A stretch of 62,770 nucleotides of DNA, the filler included, from Octopus bimaculoides (taxonomy: Eukaryota), in assembly GCF_001194135.2 (NCBI RefSeq). It is 5 parts of 5 records of this genome, joined end to end, with 100 filler letters (N's around TTAATTAATTAA, not from the genome) between each part and the next. Parts side by side here need not be neighbours in the genome. Positions count along the whole stretch, not along the records: positions 1 to 27,546 come from NW_026297134.1; 4 more parts are not named here. One strand, 5' to 3'. The notes under the pieces were generated by a model. That model was not told the origin of the DNA. It did not search any database and saw only the letters and a list, made by a program, of their open reading frames with translations. A program made the position numbers and the translations under genes. Each line of letters starts with the position of its first letter. The first letter of the stretch is position 1. This document shows, in pieces, positions 1-12,099 of this stretch.

Positions 1-537
1 CGTTTCCCACAATCCTTCAATCATATAACTATAGTGTACCTTTTATTGGCTTGAAATCATTGTGAAGTTAGTGGTGCATAGAAATATGGCATTTACAGCA
101 TTCAACTCATCAATTTTGAAAAGGGTTCTCAGGTTTTGTACATACATATCGTATATAATTCTCAGGGCATTGTTTTATTTTAGCACTGTGACGTGTTTCG
201 TTTCCTAGTTCACCCATACATGAAGTTAGAGCAATTGCGTCCTGTCTGTCCATCCATAAAATTCAAAACTGTATATCTAAGTATAGAGCACTTCTTAATC
301 AGATTAAATAGAAGAAAGTAATATATATATATATATATATATATGACAAAGGTTGCATATAGAAACACACTTGAGTACAAAGAGATATTTGTTGAGAAGA
401 AATGGAATCTATTCTAGAAGTGTAGTATGGTTTGAGAATATATTTAGTTCTCTTTGTGTCAACCAGTTTTTGTGATGTATCAGATTCAAGACATATATTT
501 ATTAATATCTGTGTGTATATATATGTATACATATATA

Positions 538-1876
538 TGAGGATGGGCTGAAAAGCTCATAGGCTGACTACGATGCAATGAGTGAACTTGACCAAATGTG
601 TTTTATTGTTTGGCATAGTCTCCCCTGCGGTCCATACACTTCTTACATCAGTATTGCAGCACTTGGATTTCCGTGGTATAGAAGCTCTCATCCTGACCCT
701 CAAAAAAGACCTCAACAGCAGATATGGCTTCATCATTGATCCGATACTGCTTCCCAACCAAGTGTTTCCTCATGTTGGGGAACAGAAAATAGTCAGATGG
801 TGCTAAATCAGGAGAATATGGAGGGTGATCAACCAGTTCAAAGCCACAGTCATGCACAGCAGCCATTGCAACCACAGACTTGCGTGCAGGAGCATTGTCC
901 CCGTGAAGCAGGACCCCCTTCATCAGTTTTCCAGGCTGTTTTCATTACATTTCGTAGCTTCCTCAGCAAGGTGGCATATAATATTCACCATTGGTAGTAT
1001 GGCCTTTCTGAATGGGGTCAATGAACACAATGCTGCTTGCATCCTAGAAGATGAAGGCCATCATCTTTGGCCTTCTTTGGTGGGGGGGCGAAGATGGGTG
1101 TTTCTACTGCATGGACTGCTGTTTGGTCTCTGGATCAAAGTCGTGAACTCAGCATTCATCTTGGATGAGGAAAACATACAAGAAAACCGACCGGATTTGC
1201 TTCAAAAAGTGCCAAGTTTGCCTGCGACATGACCAGCTTGGTGTGCTTTTGATCAGGCATCAAAAGTTGTGGCACCCACTGAGCTGAAACCTTCGACATG
1301 CTAGGTTCGNNNNNNNNNNGCATCAAAAGTTGTGGCACCCACTGAGCTGAAACCTTCGACATGCTAGGTTCGTTATGCAGAATGTTCTCAACTCATTCAC
1401 GGGAGATACCTACAGCATTAGTTATCTGATTAACATTTAAATGTCTGCCACTCATTACTGTGTGGTGAACATGGTCAACGTTTTCTTGGGTGGTGGCTGT
1501 AGCAGGACGTCCAAACCTTGGGTCATCTTCAAGACTTTCCCTACCTTTCTTGAATTCAGCTGCCCACATTTCCACAGTTGGTAAAACTGGAGCATCATCT
1601 CCTAATGTAGCAACTGTGTCAGCATGAATGTCTTTGGGGGCTAACCCCTTTTTCTGCAGATATCTGATAACACCACGGTGCCAAATTTTATCCATTTTCA
1701 CAAAATGTCTCTAGTACCACTTTTACAAGTCCTCAATTCTGATTCCAATGTGGGTTTATCTGGAAAGAAAAAAATGGAGTTAGCATCAGTAAAGGTTGAA
1801 TTTAATGCATTCCAAGTTTAATTACTGTATGATAACTCCTTCTTAGTCAGCCTATGATACTTTCAGCCCAGCCTTG
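538..1876 (-). mobile_element. Full-length decayed mariner (Tc1/mariner, D,D34D) DNA transposon, about 1.34 kb
   Basis: TIRs of about 31 bp: 538-568 (tgaggatgggctgaaaagctcataggctgac) versus the reverse complement of 1846-1876. TA dinucleotides flank both ends (536-537, 1877-1878). An interrupted transposase lies inside. Confidence 0.93.
603..1701 (-). pseudogene. Mariner transposase pseudogene (frameshifts and stops)
   Basis: ORF fragments give the N-terminal HTH (..RESLEDDPRFGRPAT), a WVP motif (KVSAQWVPQ), LLHGDNAP and HPPYSPDLAPSDYFLFP, ending ..KCMDRRGDYAKQ*. Confidence 0.92.
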
Positions 1877-2070
1877 TATGTCTATGTTAATGTGACACTT
1901 GTATACACACAAACCTGCTTGTATGTAATTGTTTACAGAAGAATTTACGATGTACTCTTGCTGGTCACTGTAGTGCCCCTTAATATTCTGTACTCTAAAC
2001 ATGTCCATAATGAAATATTTTATTATAACTGAATGTCATTGATGGGATGTGTTAATATTTTGTTCCACAG

Positions 2071-2213
2071 GTGTCGGTGGTGTCAAGAGAAAAAGGCTAC
2101 TGTCACACTCCAGCCATGTCAACATACTGTTATTTGTCAGAATTGCTGTTCTCAAATGACATTTAAGCAATGCCCCATATGTCAACAATACGTACTCAGC
2201 AAAAGTGGATTTG
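2071..2213 (+). CDS. Internal exon encoding a RING-HC (C3HC4, MIB/IAP-type) finger of an E3 ligase-death domain gene
   Basis: Acceptor ttgttccacAG at 2069-70 and donor GTaag at 2214. The 143 nt translate as CRWCQEKKATVTLQPCQHTVICQNCCSQMTFKQCPICQQYVLSKSGF, spacing C-x2-C-x11-C-x-H-x3-C-x2-C..C-x2-C. The exon ends in phase 1. Confidence 0.9.
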
Positions 2214-3177
2214 GTAAGAACATTCTTTAATGATCTGTCTGTTGTCTCATTAATTTTCTGGTATGGAATAACACACTTCATATTGTGGTAGAGACCCAGA
2301 TCTGCCATTATCTGGCATAAATGGGGTCTTTTCTTTGTAATAGTATATCTATCACTACATCCACTAAACATTGTCTTTATCTAATTAGAAGAGTGATCAC
2401 ACTTCAAAAGGATTGTGCTTTGCAACATATGACTAATGAATGATAATATAAGATAAATGGTAACTAAATGAAATATCACTAAATCTCCAATGTTCTATTT
2501 GTAAACATTTTACTTTCAATTGTGAGTGATTAGAGGTGATTAATGATTTATCAGTATCATGGAGAGCTGATAATTAAAGACAATGTTACTTACAAGAACA
2601 TCAGAGTCAGCTTTGGTAAAGTAGGAGATTCAAGGATAAAATCTGAACTGAGTGTTCAAGGAGCAAGTTTATAGAGTTTGACGGTTAAACCAATCAGCCT
2701 GGGTATCAGAAAAGAATGTTGTAATTGGGAAAGGATGTCAGGGATAGTTTCAACATATTTTACAAAGTTGAACTTCACAAATTCATCATGATTTATCATA
2801 CTGTGAAGATATCAAACAATTACAGTAGTCTAAGGTTTGATAGGAATTGTCATATTTTGTTGGTGGGTATATACACAGAATCTTTCAGTATAAGAATATT
2901 GAACAATAAATTACTTTCATTCAGTACTAAATCAGTATTGAACTGTGAACATGTGTTTAGATTTAAACAAAGTATTGGTGCTAGCATTCGATACAGAGAT
3001 AGAAACAAAACAGGAGTTCCCAGTGTGACTCAAATACACAAATCCCTGTTGATAAATATATACAACCTTGGCCAAATTATAGAGCAGGTATAATAAAATA
3101 GAGAATATGATTGAAACTCATTTACTTAATAATTGAAACCAGTCTAATAAACATTCTACAGTTGATCCCATCATTAA

Positions 3178-4318
3178 TTAGTATTTGATGTGTCCTCCTT
3201 TTGCTTTTATAACTGCTTTTATGCGTTTTTGCATACTTGAGACTAAGTTGGCACAAGTGGCTGGGTCAGTTTCCTGCCACTCTACATGAATTTTGGTTTC
3301 TAATTCGCTTTTTGAAGAACATTTTTGCACCCTCACTGTTCTACCTAAGGGTCACCACATGTTCAATAGGATTGAGGTCTGGAAACTAAGGAGGCCATTT
3401 CATCACCCTCATCCCTTTCTTTACACCAACCCATTGAAACTCTGGATGTGTGGCATGCAGAAATATTTTGTTGAATGATTATGCCATCTGGGGTGTTATC
3501 ATTGAAGATTTTTTGCTAAAGAAGGTTGATAAACTTGATCTAACATGTTGGTGTAAGTGTTGGCATCCATTCTGCCCTTACAAGTGAACAACATTCCAGA
3601 CCCTTAAGAAAACATGCAACCCCAAACAATTACACTTTCCAATCCAAATTTGACTGTTCAGACTGCACATCCAGGATGATAAACCTCCCCTACTCTATGG
3701 TGGACATAGACAGCTCCTGGGTTTTCAAAGATCTGAAGATAATCAAAAAAATTACTGATCATTTTTGGTGTCCAATACAAAATTTGTAAAAGTGTAAGAA
3801 TTTCAATTAATGCCTAGTAAAATGGTGGAAATGAATGTGGAGAACATATATCAAAGTTACTTTGATCAGACCAAACAACTTTAGCCCCATCATCAGTAGT
3901 TCAATCTTCATGCTCTTTTGCCCAACACAATTGCTTCTTCATGTTCCCCTCTGACAGTAACAGGATCTTTTTGGCCTTACGTCCTTTGAATCCAGCTTCT
4001 AATAACCTTCTTCTCAATGTGTGAATTGATATATCTTTGTTTGTTGCCATCCAAAACTCAGCAGCTACGTCAAAAGAGGTGTTTTTCCTATCCACCAGTG
4101 ATGTCCTCTTCAGCAACCTGTCTTCCCTTGTGGTTGTACATGTTTTGCAACCTCGTCCTTTACAATTTATGAAAGACTTTCTCTCATTGTACCTTTTGAT
4201 GGAAATCTTTTCTTGAGCATTTCAATTTTCTTGCAATTTCAACTTGAGAGAATCCTTCACTTGATAATGCAATGATTTGAGACATTTAAGCTTCAGGAAT
4301 CTATTTCTTTGGAGACAT
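3178..4318 (-). mobile_element. Decayed Tc1-like transposase
   Basis: Runs from an ATG at 4318 through an HTH segment (..ISIHTLRRRLLEAGFKGRKAKK..LCWAKEH) to the typical Tc1 C-terminus LVSSMQKRIKAVIKAKGGHIKY* (stop 3178-3180). Many stops; TIRs not resolved. Confidence 0.85.
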
Positions 4319-5354
4319 TTTTAACAAATATTAACGACTGATAAGTTATCAATAAGATATTCAATGAAAAAATAGGAAATAACATTAGTGTCACAAAATG
4401 AATGGCTGAAAATTGACCCAGCAATTTTCACCAACACTAATTAGATGTAATTTATAAAACATTGTAGAGGCATTTTCAATTAGTTGATCTCAATTATCAT
4501 TAGTGACAAAAGTGGTAGAGTAGTTGTGGTGGAGTTGGGGAGTGAGTACTGTTACATATATTCCTTGTAATGTTGTTTTTGTATTAATTACAACTTCAGA
4601 AAAACAGTTTGTGTCAGTCGAACCCTTGTACAGAGGTGTAAATTTTGTGTCCTCAAATTTGTTTGTAACTGGGTTTTCACCCCCATTGCAATGTAGCAGA
4701 TTCATAGAGGGGTCATTAAACGAGTGAGGAAACTTTGATTGATTTTCTAAAAGAAGATTGTGAGAGATATCCTAGATTCTTAAGAAGCAGTTCTTTTGTG
4801 CCTTTTCAGATATTTGCACTACAAATTATATGGATGAACAGTTAAATGTAGTTAATGTGTTTTTTTTATACAAGTGTAGAATGTTTGAGGACACCTGTTA
4901 TCATTTGTCTGTTCCACCTGTGTAGACATGTTGTTTCTTGTGCGGATATATACCCAGAATGTCTCTGGTTAGAATATATATTTTAGATATAAATTAAAAG
5001 TAATATAATATTAAATCTGTTTAAAGATATTGAAATTGAAATTACTTTTGTTAAATTGAGTATTGAACTCTGAACATGTTTACATTTAAACAAAGTATTG
5101 GTATTAACATAAAATATACAGATAGGAATAAAATGTGTTCTAGTGAGATTTGAACATGCAACTTCTTGTTCCTAACTATATGATTAACACTTGTTATAAT
5201 GTTTGCCATCCTTTTCGACCTTTTATACTCACACTTGTTAGTTTTTTAGATGAGATTAATGCTAAAAGAAGCATTGTTTTCTGATTCTTTCACCTTTTGA
5301 TTTTACTTTTGAGTTGATTAGTTTTAATTAGAACATGAATCCTGATCATTGCTC

Positions 5355-6100
5355 CAAGGTGGTATCAGAAAGTTCACGGACTAGTTCTGTAGCATGCCAA
5401 CAGATAGCAGCACATGGTTGCATGTACATTGAGAGTTAACAGTGACTTTCATGAGTCAGTGGGCTGGGTGACACCACTGCGTTTACTTTGCAAGTTGTGA
5501 AATTTGTGCTTTTGTGGTCATGTGTAGGCTGTAGTCTATGATTTTCTCATGGGCAAGACCAAAGAGCCAATGTGGAATTTTGGGTTAAACTTGAGAAGTC
5601 TGCGTCAGAAACATTGAGCATGCTTCAGCAAGATTATGGCAATGGCACAATGAGTTGTATACAATGTTTTGAGTGGCACGCACTTAAAAAAGAGAAGAAT
5701 GCCCCTGGAAGACCTGCCACATGCATCGTCCCCATANNNNNNNNNNGTGGAGCATGAAAAATTGGATTCTTCACCAAGCTCTCCTCATTCATGAAAGTCT
5801 CACAACAAACAACATGGTACCACTTCTGCATCTGCCCCATTTGCCATCTCTTCCCCAAGATGAAAACGTAGTTGAAATGTCACTGTTTTAACCATTGTCA
5901 AGTTCAACAGCAAATTGCTAAAGGTCCTCGCTTCACAGAAAATGGCTTTCAGGACACATTCCAAAAGTGGCATGAATGCTGGGATTGGTGTATTGCTACG
6001 AAAAGTGACCATTTTAAAGGAAATGATGCTAAAATTTGAATAAATAAATAATGTTTTTATTGAACATAATATTTCTGGAAACCTTTTGATAGCACTTTGT
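5355..6100 (+). mobile_element. Internally deleted mariner element
   Basis: Imperfect TIRs (caaggtggtatcagaaagttcacgga versus the reverse complement of the ~6072-6100 end). N-terminal HTH fragment (NVEFWVKLEKSASETLSML..APGRPAT) plus C-terminal remnants (..FQDTFQKWHECWDWCIATKSDHF). Contains a 10-N gap. Confidence 0.75.
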
Positions 6101-7139
6101 GTTTGACGAGAGTAAAGGATTTATTATTAGTATTTGGCAATGGATCTGGTAACATTTTTCTTTCATGGAACTACAGTAATATCAACTGTGCTGAAACACA
6201 ATTATATTCATTGTAACACAGGTCACATGCTTTATTAATTAGATTAATTAGAAGCTATATAGATATCTAGTATTGCAGTGTCAGGCAATGTGCTACTGTA
6301 CTTTCTATATAATCTATTAACATAATAATTAATCTGCTGTCATTCAGAAACACTATTACAGTTGTATGTCTGAAATTTGAACTTACTTTGTCATAGCATC
6401 ATCTTGTACCCTCACCTAACATTTTACACCTTGTTTCCCTGTATGTAAATATATTGTTTTGCTTGGGTGCTGGACCACATCCCTACAAACCGGAATTATT
6501 GTTCCCCATCGTCCAGTAATGTTCAGATGTTATTGTGTTTTGGCTTCATTCCATATGAAAAAGTATGAAGTGAAACATTTCTGTATATTTATATGACACT
6601 AATTTTATATATTATATAAAGTTGGTTAGTGATGTTTTAATTGGTTGGTCTCAATTATCATAAGTGACATGGTGTGATATGGCAATGGAGAGGGTTACGT
6701 GTTCCTTTGTTGCTCTTATAGTAACAATGTCATCAAAATGATAGTTTCTGTCAGCTCTGTAGAGATTTAATGATCATGTTTCCAAATTTTCTAGTAACTG
6801 GGTCTTTGTCCTATAGCTTCCTGTTTGACCCGTGTATACCTAATCATCACTCATCTGGAAAGGAACCTACTTTATTAAAGAGGATGAATGATGTTGAAAT
6901 ATCTTCAAATATTTCCTGAATCAGAAGACATTCTGGTGAACTGTGAAGTCGGCAGTTAGAATTAAAGATTACCAGCAACACCCTCTAACAAAAAGAGCAG
7001 GTGTATGTTTATCCTACTCAAAGTGGCCTGTCGTGTGTCTGAGGACCAACTTGGTTTAACATTGAATTGAGCAGAAAAGAGGTTGAAAGTTGGTTAGTGG
7101 CATCTAGAGGTGAGAGGACGTCATAGGTCATAGGTCGAG

Positions 7140-7835
7140 CACAGATATGAGAAAGAAAACACAAAACTAAGAGAAAAAGAGTGTCATCAAGTGATAATTA
7201 AATGAGATAATTGCAGAATTGTTAGATTATGTAGGAGATATAAATAGGGAGAAGAGATTTAGGAAGGTTAGTCTATTTTGTTGTGGCTCTAAATATTGAG
7301 CTATTAGATTGAGACATTTTAAAAAGTGTTGGCCAAAAGAATAGTGGTCACTAAATGACAATTGATGAGCAGAATGTCTGACAATAACAAAATATAGATC
7401 ATTAATAAAGATTATGAAATTTTACTATAAAATGTAAAACTTGGAAATATTCATTTTAGAGACTAAAGATTGAACAGGAAACTCAGAGGACATCACAGCA
7501 AGTTGGTGAGTATAAAATAACAATACCTAATAGATTTCTGTAAATTTTACCTTCAGCTGAGCTTTATTAGTTGAATGACTAAGAACAGGTTCCATTCCTA
7601 ATTTCCAATTGAAAGATTAGCTGTATAATAATTCTATTAAACATACTGATATTACTGAAGTTTCACAAAATATCCAACATGGTTAGCATGGTTTGTAAAA
7701 TGGATAATTCAGAAGACAAATAGAGTTGATATTGTAGATTGGAACAGAGAACTAAAATAGGCTTTTGTTGTTTAGTGTTAAAAAGTTGAGTTAATGACAA
7801 CGTTTTTGTTTGTTTATATTTGGTTGTTATTGTTG
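7140..7835 (+). repeat. Intron-exon-intron cassette copy 1 (about 700 bp)
   Basis: Clear homology to 12100-12803 and 8270-8750, e.g. tcaagtgataattaaatgagataattgca, atagtggtcac, aaaatataga, ccattcc..caattga, attctatt. Confidence 0.9.
7460..7505 (+). pseudogene. Duplicated exon copy 1 (frame-incompatible pseudo-exon or poison exon)
   Basis: Flanked by tttAG and GTgagt like the exons at 8421 and 12427, with homologous intron flanks. It is 46 nt (RLKIEQETQRTSQQV) and lacks the 2 nt needed for a phase-1 start. Confidence 0.55.
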
Positions 7836-8269
7836 TTGNNNNNNNNNNNNNNNNNNNNNNNNNNNNNNNNNNNNNNNNNNNNNNNNNNNNNNNNNNNNNN
7901 NNNNNNNNNNNNNNNNNNNNNNNNNNNNNNNNNNNNNNNNNNNNNNNNNNNNNNNNNNNNNNNNNNNNNNNNNNNNNNNNNNNNNNNNNNNNNNNNNNNN
8001 NNNNNNNNNNNNNNNNNNNNNNNNNNNNNNNNNNNNNNNNNNNNNNNNNNNNNNNNNNNNNNNNNNNNNNNNNNNNNNNNNNNNNNNNNNNNNNNNNNNN
8101 NNNNNNNNNNNNNNNNNNNNNNNNNNNNNNNNNNNNNNNNNNNNNNNNNNNNNNNNNNNNNNNNNNNNNNNNNNNNNNNNNNNNNNNNNNNNNNNNNNNN
8201 NNNNNNNNNNNNNNNNNNNNNNNNNNNNNNNNNNNNNNNNNNNNNNNNNNNNNNNNNNNNCTTTAACTG

Positions 8270-8750
8270 TAGAAAGTATAAAAATATTAGCCAAAACCAT
8301 AGTGGTCACCAGTTGACCATTGATAATAGGAATGTCTCACAATAATAAAATATAGACTATTAAGAAAGATAAAAAAAAGATTTAACTCTATATTGTAAAA
8401 CTTTTAAATATTTATTTCAGAGAGATTAAATTTGGAGGAAAACCGCTCCCATAGCACATCAAAGAAGTTGGCAGTTGAGCAACAGCAAGTTGGTGAGTAC
8501 AGAATAAGTCCCAAAGTGATTTCAAATTAGTTTTACTTGAGGAGCGTATTTTGTTTGTCTGAGAAGGACTGAGAACAAGTCCCATTCCTAATTTTCAATT
8601 GACAAATCAACTGTATAATAATTCTATTGGTCCACCAAGGTTAGAACAGACTATAGTTAATAATGTCTTTTGGAATAGAGAACTAAAATATGTTATTTGG
8701 TTAGGGGTGAACAAGTGCTTTAATGACAAGGTCTTTGTTTTACATATATA
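8270..8750 (+). repeat. Intron-exon-intron cassette copy 2 (5' part hidden in gap)
   Basis: Shares atagtggtcac, aataataaaatataga, gtaaaactt..aaatatttatttcag, ccattcctaattt.caattga and ctgtataataattctatt with copies 1 and 3. Confidence 0.88.
8421..8492 (+). CDS. 72-nt phase1-1 linker exon of the RING-death domain gene (duplicated cassette copy 2)
   Basis: tttatttcAG|...caagttg|GTgagt. Open frame RLNLEENRSHSTSKKLAVEQQQV is symmetric and in frame with both neighbours. Actual inclusion in the mRNA is unproven. Confidence 0.6.
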
Positions 8751-10439
8751 CTGAGTTTACTAATAAGTTGTTGTTTCAGCAGGAGTCTCTCATAATCTGG
8801 CAGACTTAAGATGAAATGCATTCCAAGTGTCAACATCCTGTCTTTTTGTCACTGATAGGAAATCTATCATTACATCCATTAAACACATTGTATTTTATCG
8901 AAGTAGAAGATACTGGCTTGCTACTGAGATAACCATTGTTTTTTTTTCTTTCTCTTTTTGATAGATACTAGCTGCAACATACAATAAATGACATCGTCCT
9001 CACCCTTTATCATCTGATTTCCATGCTCATGTGGAATGGATGGGTGGTCACTGTCCAAGTCAGTCCTTATTAACAGTTACTGCCCACCTTCATAGGTTGA
9101 GGAACACGTCCCACTAAAACATTCCAGCTTTTCTATGATGGTATGCTCTTCCTAACACCAACCACTTTATAAAGGATCCTTGGTGCATTCTATTGTGGCA
9201 CAAGTACAAGAAAGATTGTTACGTATTATTCAACAAAATTAAACGTTCCTCTCTAACTTATGCAAAGAAATATCAGACATGTTGAAAGAAGAAAGGAGAT
9301 AAATGAATTGGAGAGGAGCTCCTTAAGAGACCTTACGAGGTTACTAGGAAGCTGTTTGCAGATGCTAAGAGCGGCAGGATGAACTGTAATAAATGAAATC
9401 CAGCTTAAGTGTGGTTAGTGGTCAGTAGGGAGAGCTAGAAAAGCTTTTTTAACCATCCCTACTGACCACAATATATATATTTATTTAAAAAGATTATTTT
9501 TTATTTACTAATTAGAAATTTCACTAGTTACAATCTGCTGTATTTTTGGAGCTATTAATCCTGTTCATTCCTGCAGAGGCANNNNNNNNNNNNNNNNNNN
9601 NNNNNNNNNNNNNNNNNNNNNNNNNNNNNNNNNNNNNNNNNNNNNNNNNNNNNNNNNNNNNNNNNNNNNNNNNNNNNNNNNNNNNNNNNNNNNNNNNNNN
9701 NNNNNNNNNNNNNNNNNNNNNNNNNNNNNNNNNNNNNNNNNNNNNNNNNNNNNNNNNNNNNNNNNNNNNNNNNNNNNNNNNNNNNNNNNNNNNNNNNNNN
9801 NNNNNNNNNNNNNNNNNNNNNNNNNNNNNNNNNNNNNNNNNNNNNNNNNNNNNNNNNNNNNNNNNNNNNNNNNNNNNNNNNNNNNNNNNNNNNNNNNNNN
9901 NNNNNNNNNNNNNNNNNNNNNNNNNNNNNNNNNNNNNNNNNNNNNNNNNNNNNNNNNNNNNNNNNNNNNNNNNNNNNNNNNNNNNNNNNNNNNNNNNNNN
10001 NNNNNNNNNNNNNNNNNNNNNNNNNNNNNNNNNNNNNNNNNNNNNNNNNNNNNNNNNNNNNNNNNNNNNNNNNNNNNNNNNNNNNNNNNNNNNNNNNNNN
10101 NNNNNNNNNNNNNNNNNNNNNNNNNNNNNNNNNNNNNNNNNNNNNNNNNNNNNNNNNNNNNNNNNNNNNNNNNNNNNNNNNNNNNNNNNNNNNNNNNNNN
10201 NNNNNNNNNNNNNNNNNNNNNNNNNNNNNNNNNNNNNNNNNNNNNNNNNNNNNNNNNNNNTAATTGAAGAGTTCCTAATTAACATTCATTTTTAATCACT
10301 TTTCAAAACCCTCATTACTACACTATTTTGCTGTCCAATTGAATCATCTCTTCCAATCATATCAAGTAAAACCTTCAGCTTTTCTGTATATTTTAGTGAG
10401 ACTTCAGTTAGCTTTTAGTGATACTGATTGTTTGGTGTT

Positions 10440-10680
10440 TTAGAACATGACCTTTAAGCCAAGTATTGAGAAGAAGACTCATCAAGCCAAGTAAAATCGC
10501 AGTCATGGCAGATACTGGTGGCATGTAAAAACACCCATTGCACTCTGGGAATGGTTGGCATTAGGAAAGGCATCCAGCCATAGGAATCATGCGAAATCAG
10601 ACTGGAGTCTGGTGCATCCTTCCATTCAAACCGTCCAACCCATCCCAGTATGAACAACAGACGTTAAGTGATGATGATGA
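10440..10680 (+). mobile_element. RTE-LINE 3' tail or derived non-autonomous repeat
   Basis: tggttggcattaggaaaggcatccag..gtccaacccat..gacgttaagtgatgatgatga, the same tail as 17150-17310 and 33800-33962. Confidence 0.8.
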
Positions 10681-10829
10681 ACTGGAGGGGCATATACAAG
10701 AGATCTACACTGATCCTAAGTGAGATAATCCATTCCCACTCATGGACAGTCTGAAATGCCCAACAAAACTATGAATGAAATCTCAACTTGGTGGTTTCAA
10801 ACAGAAACAATTATATAACTGAGTGAAGA

Positions 10830-11880
10830 AGGCAAACGCAAAGAGGTGCCCCAGGAGGTGATGGTGTATCATAGAAAGTGTACAGGTATTAGTGTACACA
10901 ATTATGTTATGAAGCTGTACTTAAAGAGTTGTGGCATAAAGATGAAATGGTTGATGACTAGTAGAAGGCAGAAAAAAATTACTTCCCAAAGAAAGCTGAA
11001 ACAGAACTGATTGACCAGTTCAGACCATTTTCAATCTTGAATGTAGATGGCAAAATTTACAAGGGTGTAGTTGCCAAGAGATCAGCTACACATCTATAAA
11101 ATAATGACTATGAGACCGAGAGTGTCCAAGATGCTGGAATTTCCAGAACCACTGGATGCGTAGAACATGATCTTTCAATCTGCAAGACACAAAGAAGAAT
11201 AAAAGGGATTTGAATGTTGTATGACCTGATCTGGTTGATGCTTATGGTTCTGTACCACACAAATTAGTGATGGAACCAATGAACTTCTTTTATATATGAG
11301 AGCAGATTAAAGATCTGACTAGAAGCTGCTTTAATAATTTCAAAATGTGGTTCCTGACAGAAAATTTTACAACAGACTGACATCATTTTGAAATTGGAAT
11401 TGCTGTAGGTTGCACAATATCAATCATTTAGTTTGTGCTTGTTGTGGAGATGTTACTTAGATCAGCAGATTGATCAGAAGAAATGGCTCGAGTGAAATCA
11501 CCCAAGAAGGAATCCAAAGAATGATATAACAATACTAACAAGAGACGAAAAGGGTATGCAAATAGTTCTAGATGAACTGGATTAACTAATTCTTTCGTCA
11601 AGAATGGGGTTTAAACAAAATAATTAATGCAGTCATTTGTCAAAAGGTCAGCTGAAGCAAGTGGAGTTCAAAATAGCAAATGAAACGATGCCAAGGGTTA
11701 AAGAGAAACCTATAAAATGTTTTGGACGATGGTATGCTACCTCGTTGTGCAGTAAGGGTAGAGGCGTAGAGGTCATGGCACAAACTGAAGATGGGTTAAA
11801 GGCAATAGCTAAGCCAACATTTCCTGGCAAATAAAAGACTTGATGCTTCCAGTTTGATCTATATCCCTGCCTTGCTTATA
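10830..11880 (+). mobile_element. Decayed RT fragment of an R2-superclade (HERO-like) non-LTR retrotransposon
   Basis: Degenerate motifs FRPFSILNVDGKIY, VQDAGI..GCVEH, DLNVV..DL.DAYGSVPHKLV, LEIGIAVGCTIS, and the post-RT segment MPRVKEKPIKCFGRWY..TEDGLKAI..FPGK. Confidence 0.7.
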
Positions 11881-12099
11881 AAATTCTTGAGTATCGGTTT
11901 TTATGCAACATTTCAGATTTTTTTTTACTGCCATAATGTATGGATGAACAATTATATCTAGTTAATAAGATTTTGTGAAAGCATACTGTGTTTTTGGATA
12001 CCTGATATGTTTTGCTCCCCCTCTCTAGAATTAATCATTGCCCACCCGGAAAGAAATCTGCTTCATTAAGGAGCCTTCTAATATCTCAAACACATGTGG

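Noticed and set aside
1257-1373. Direct repeats of about 40-55 bp flanking 10-N gaps (also 14641-14753 and 15580-15672)
   Set aside because: These are contig-overlap duplications at small placeholder gaps, not biological tandem repeats.
2725-3093. 122-aa ORF
   Set aside because: It has no recognisable domain, an AT-rich intronic composition, and overlaps a duplicated non-coding block.
4810-4925. Possible extra exon after ccttttcAG in the RING-DD intron
   Set aside because: There is no convincing donor before the stop, and the segment is part of a duplicated intronic block.
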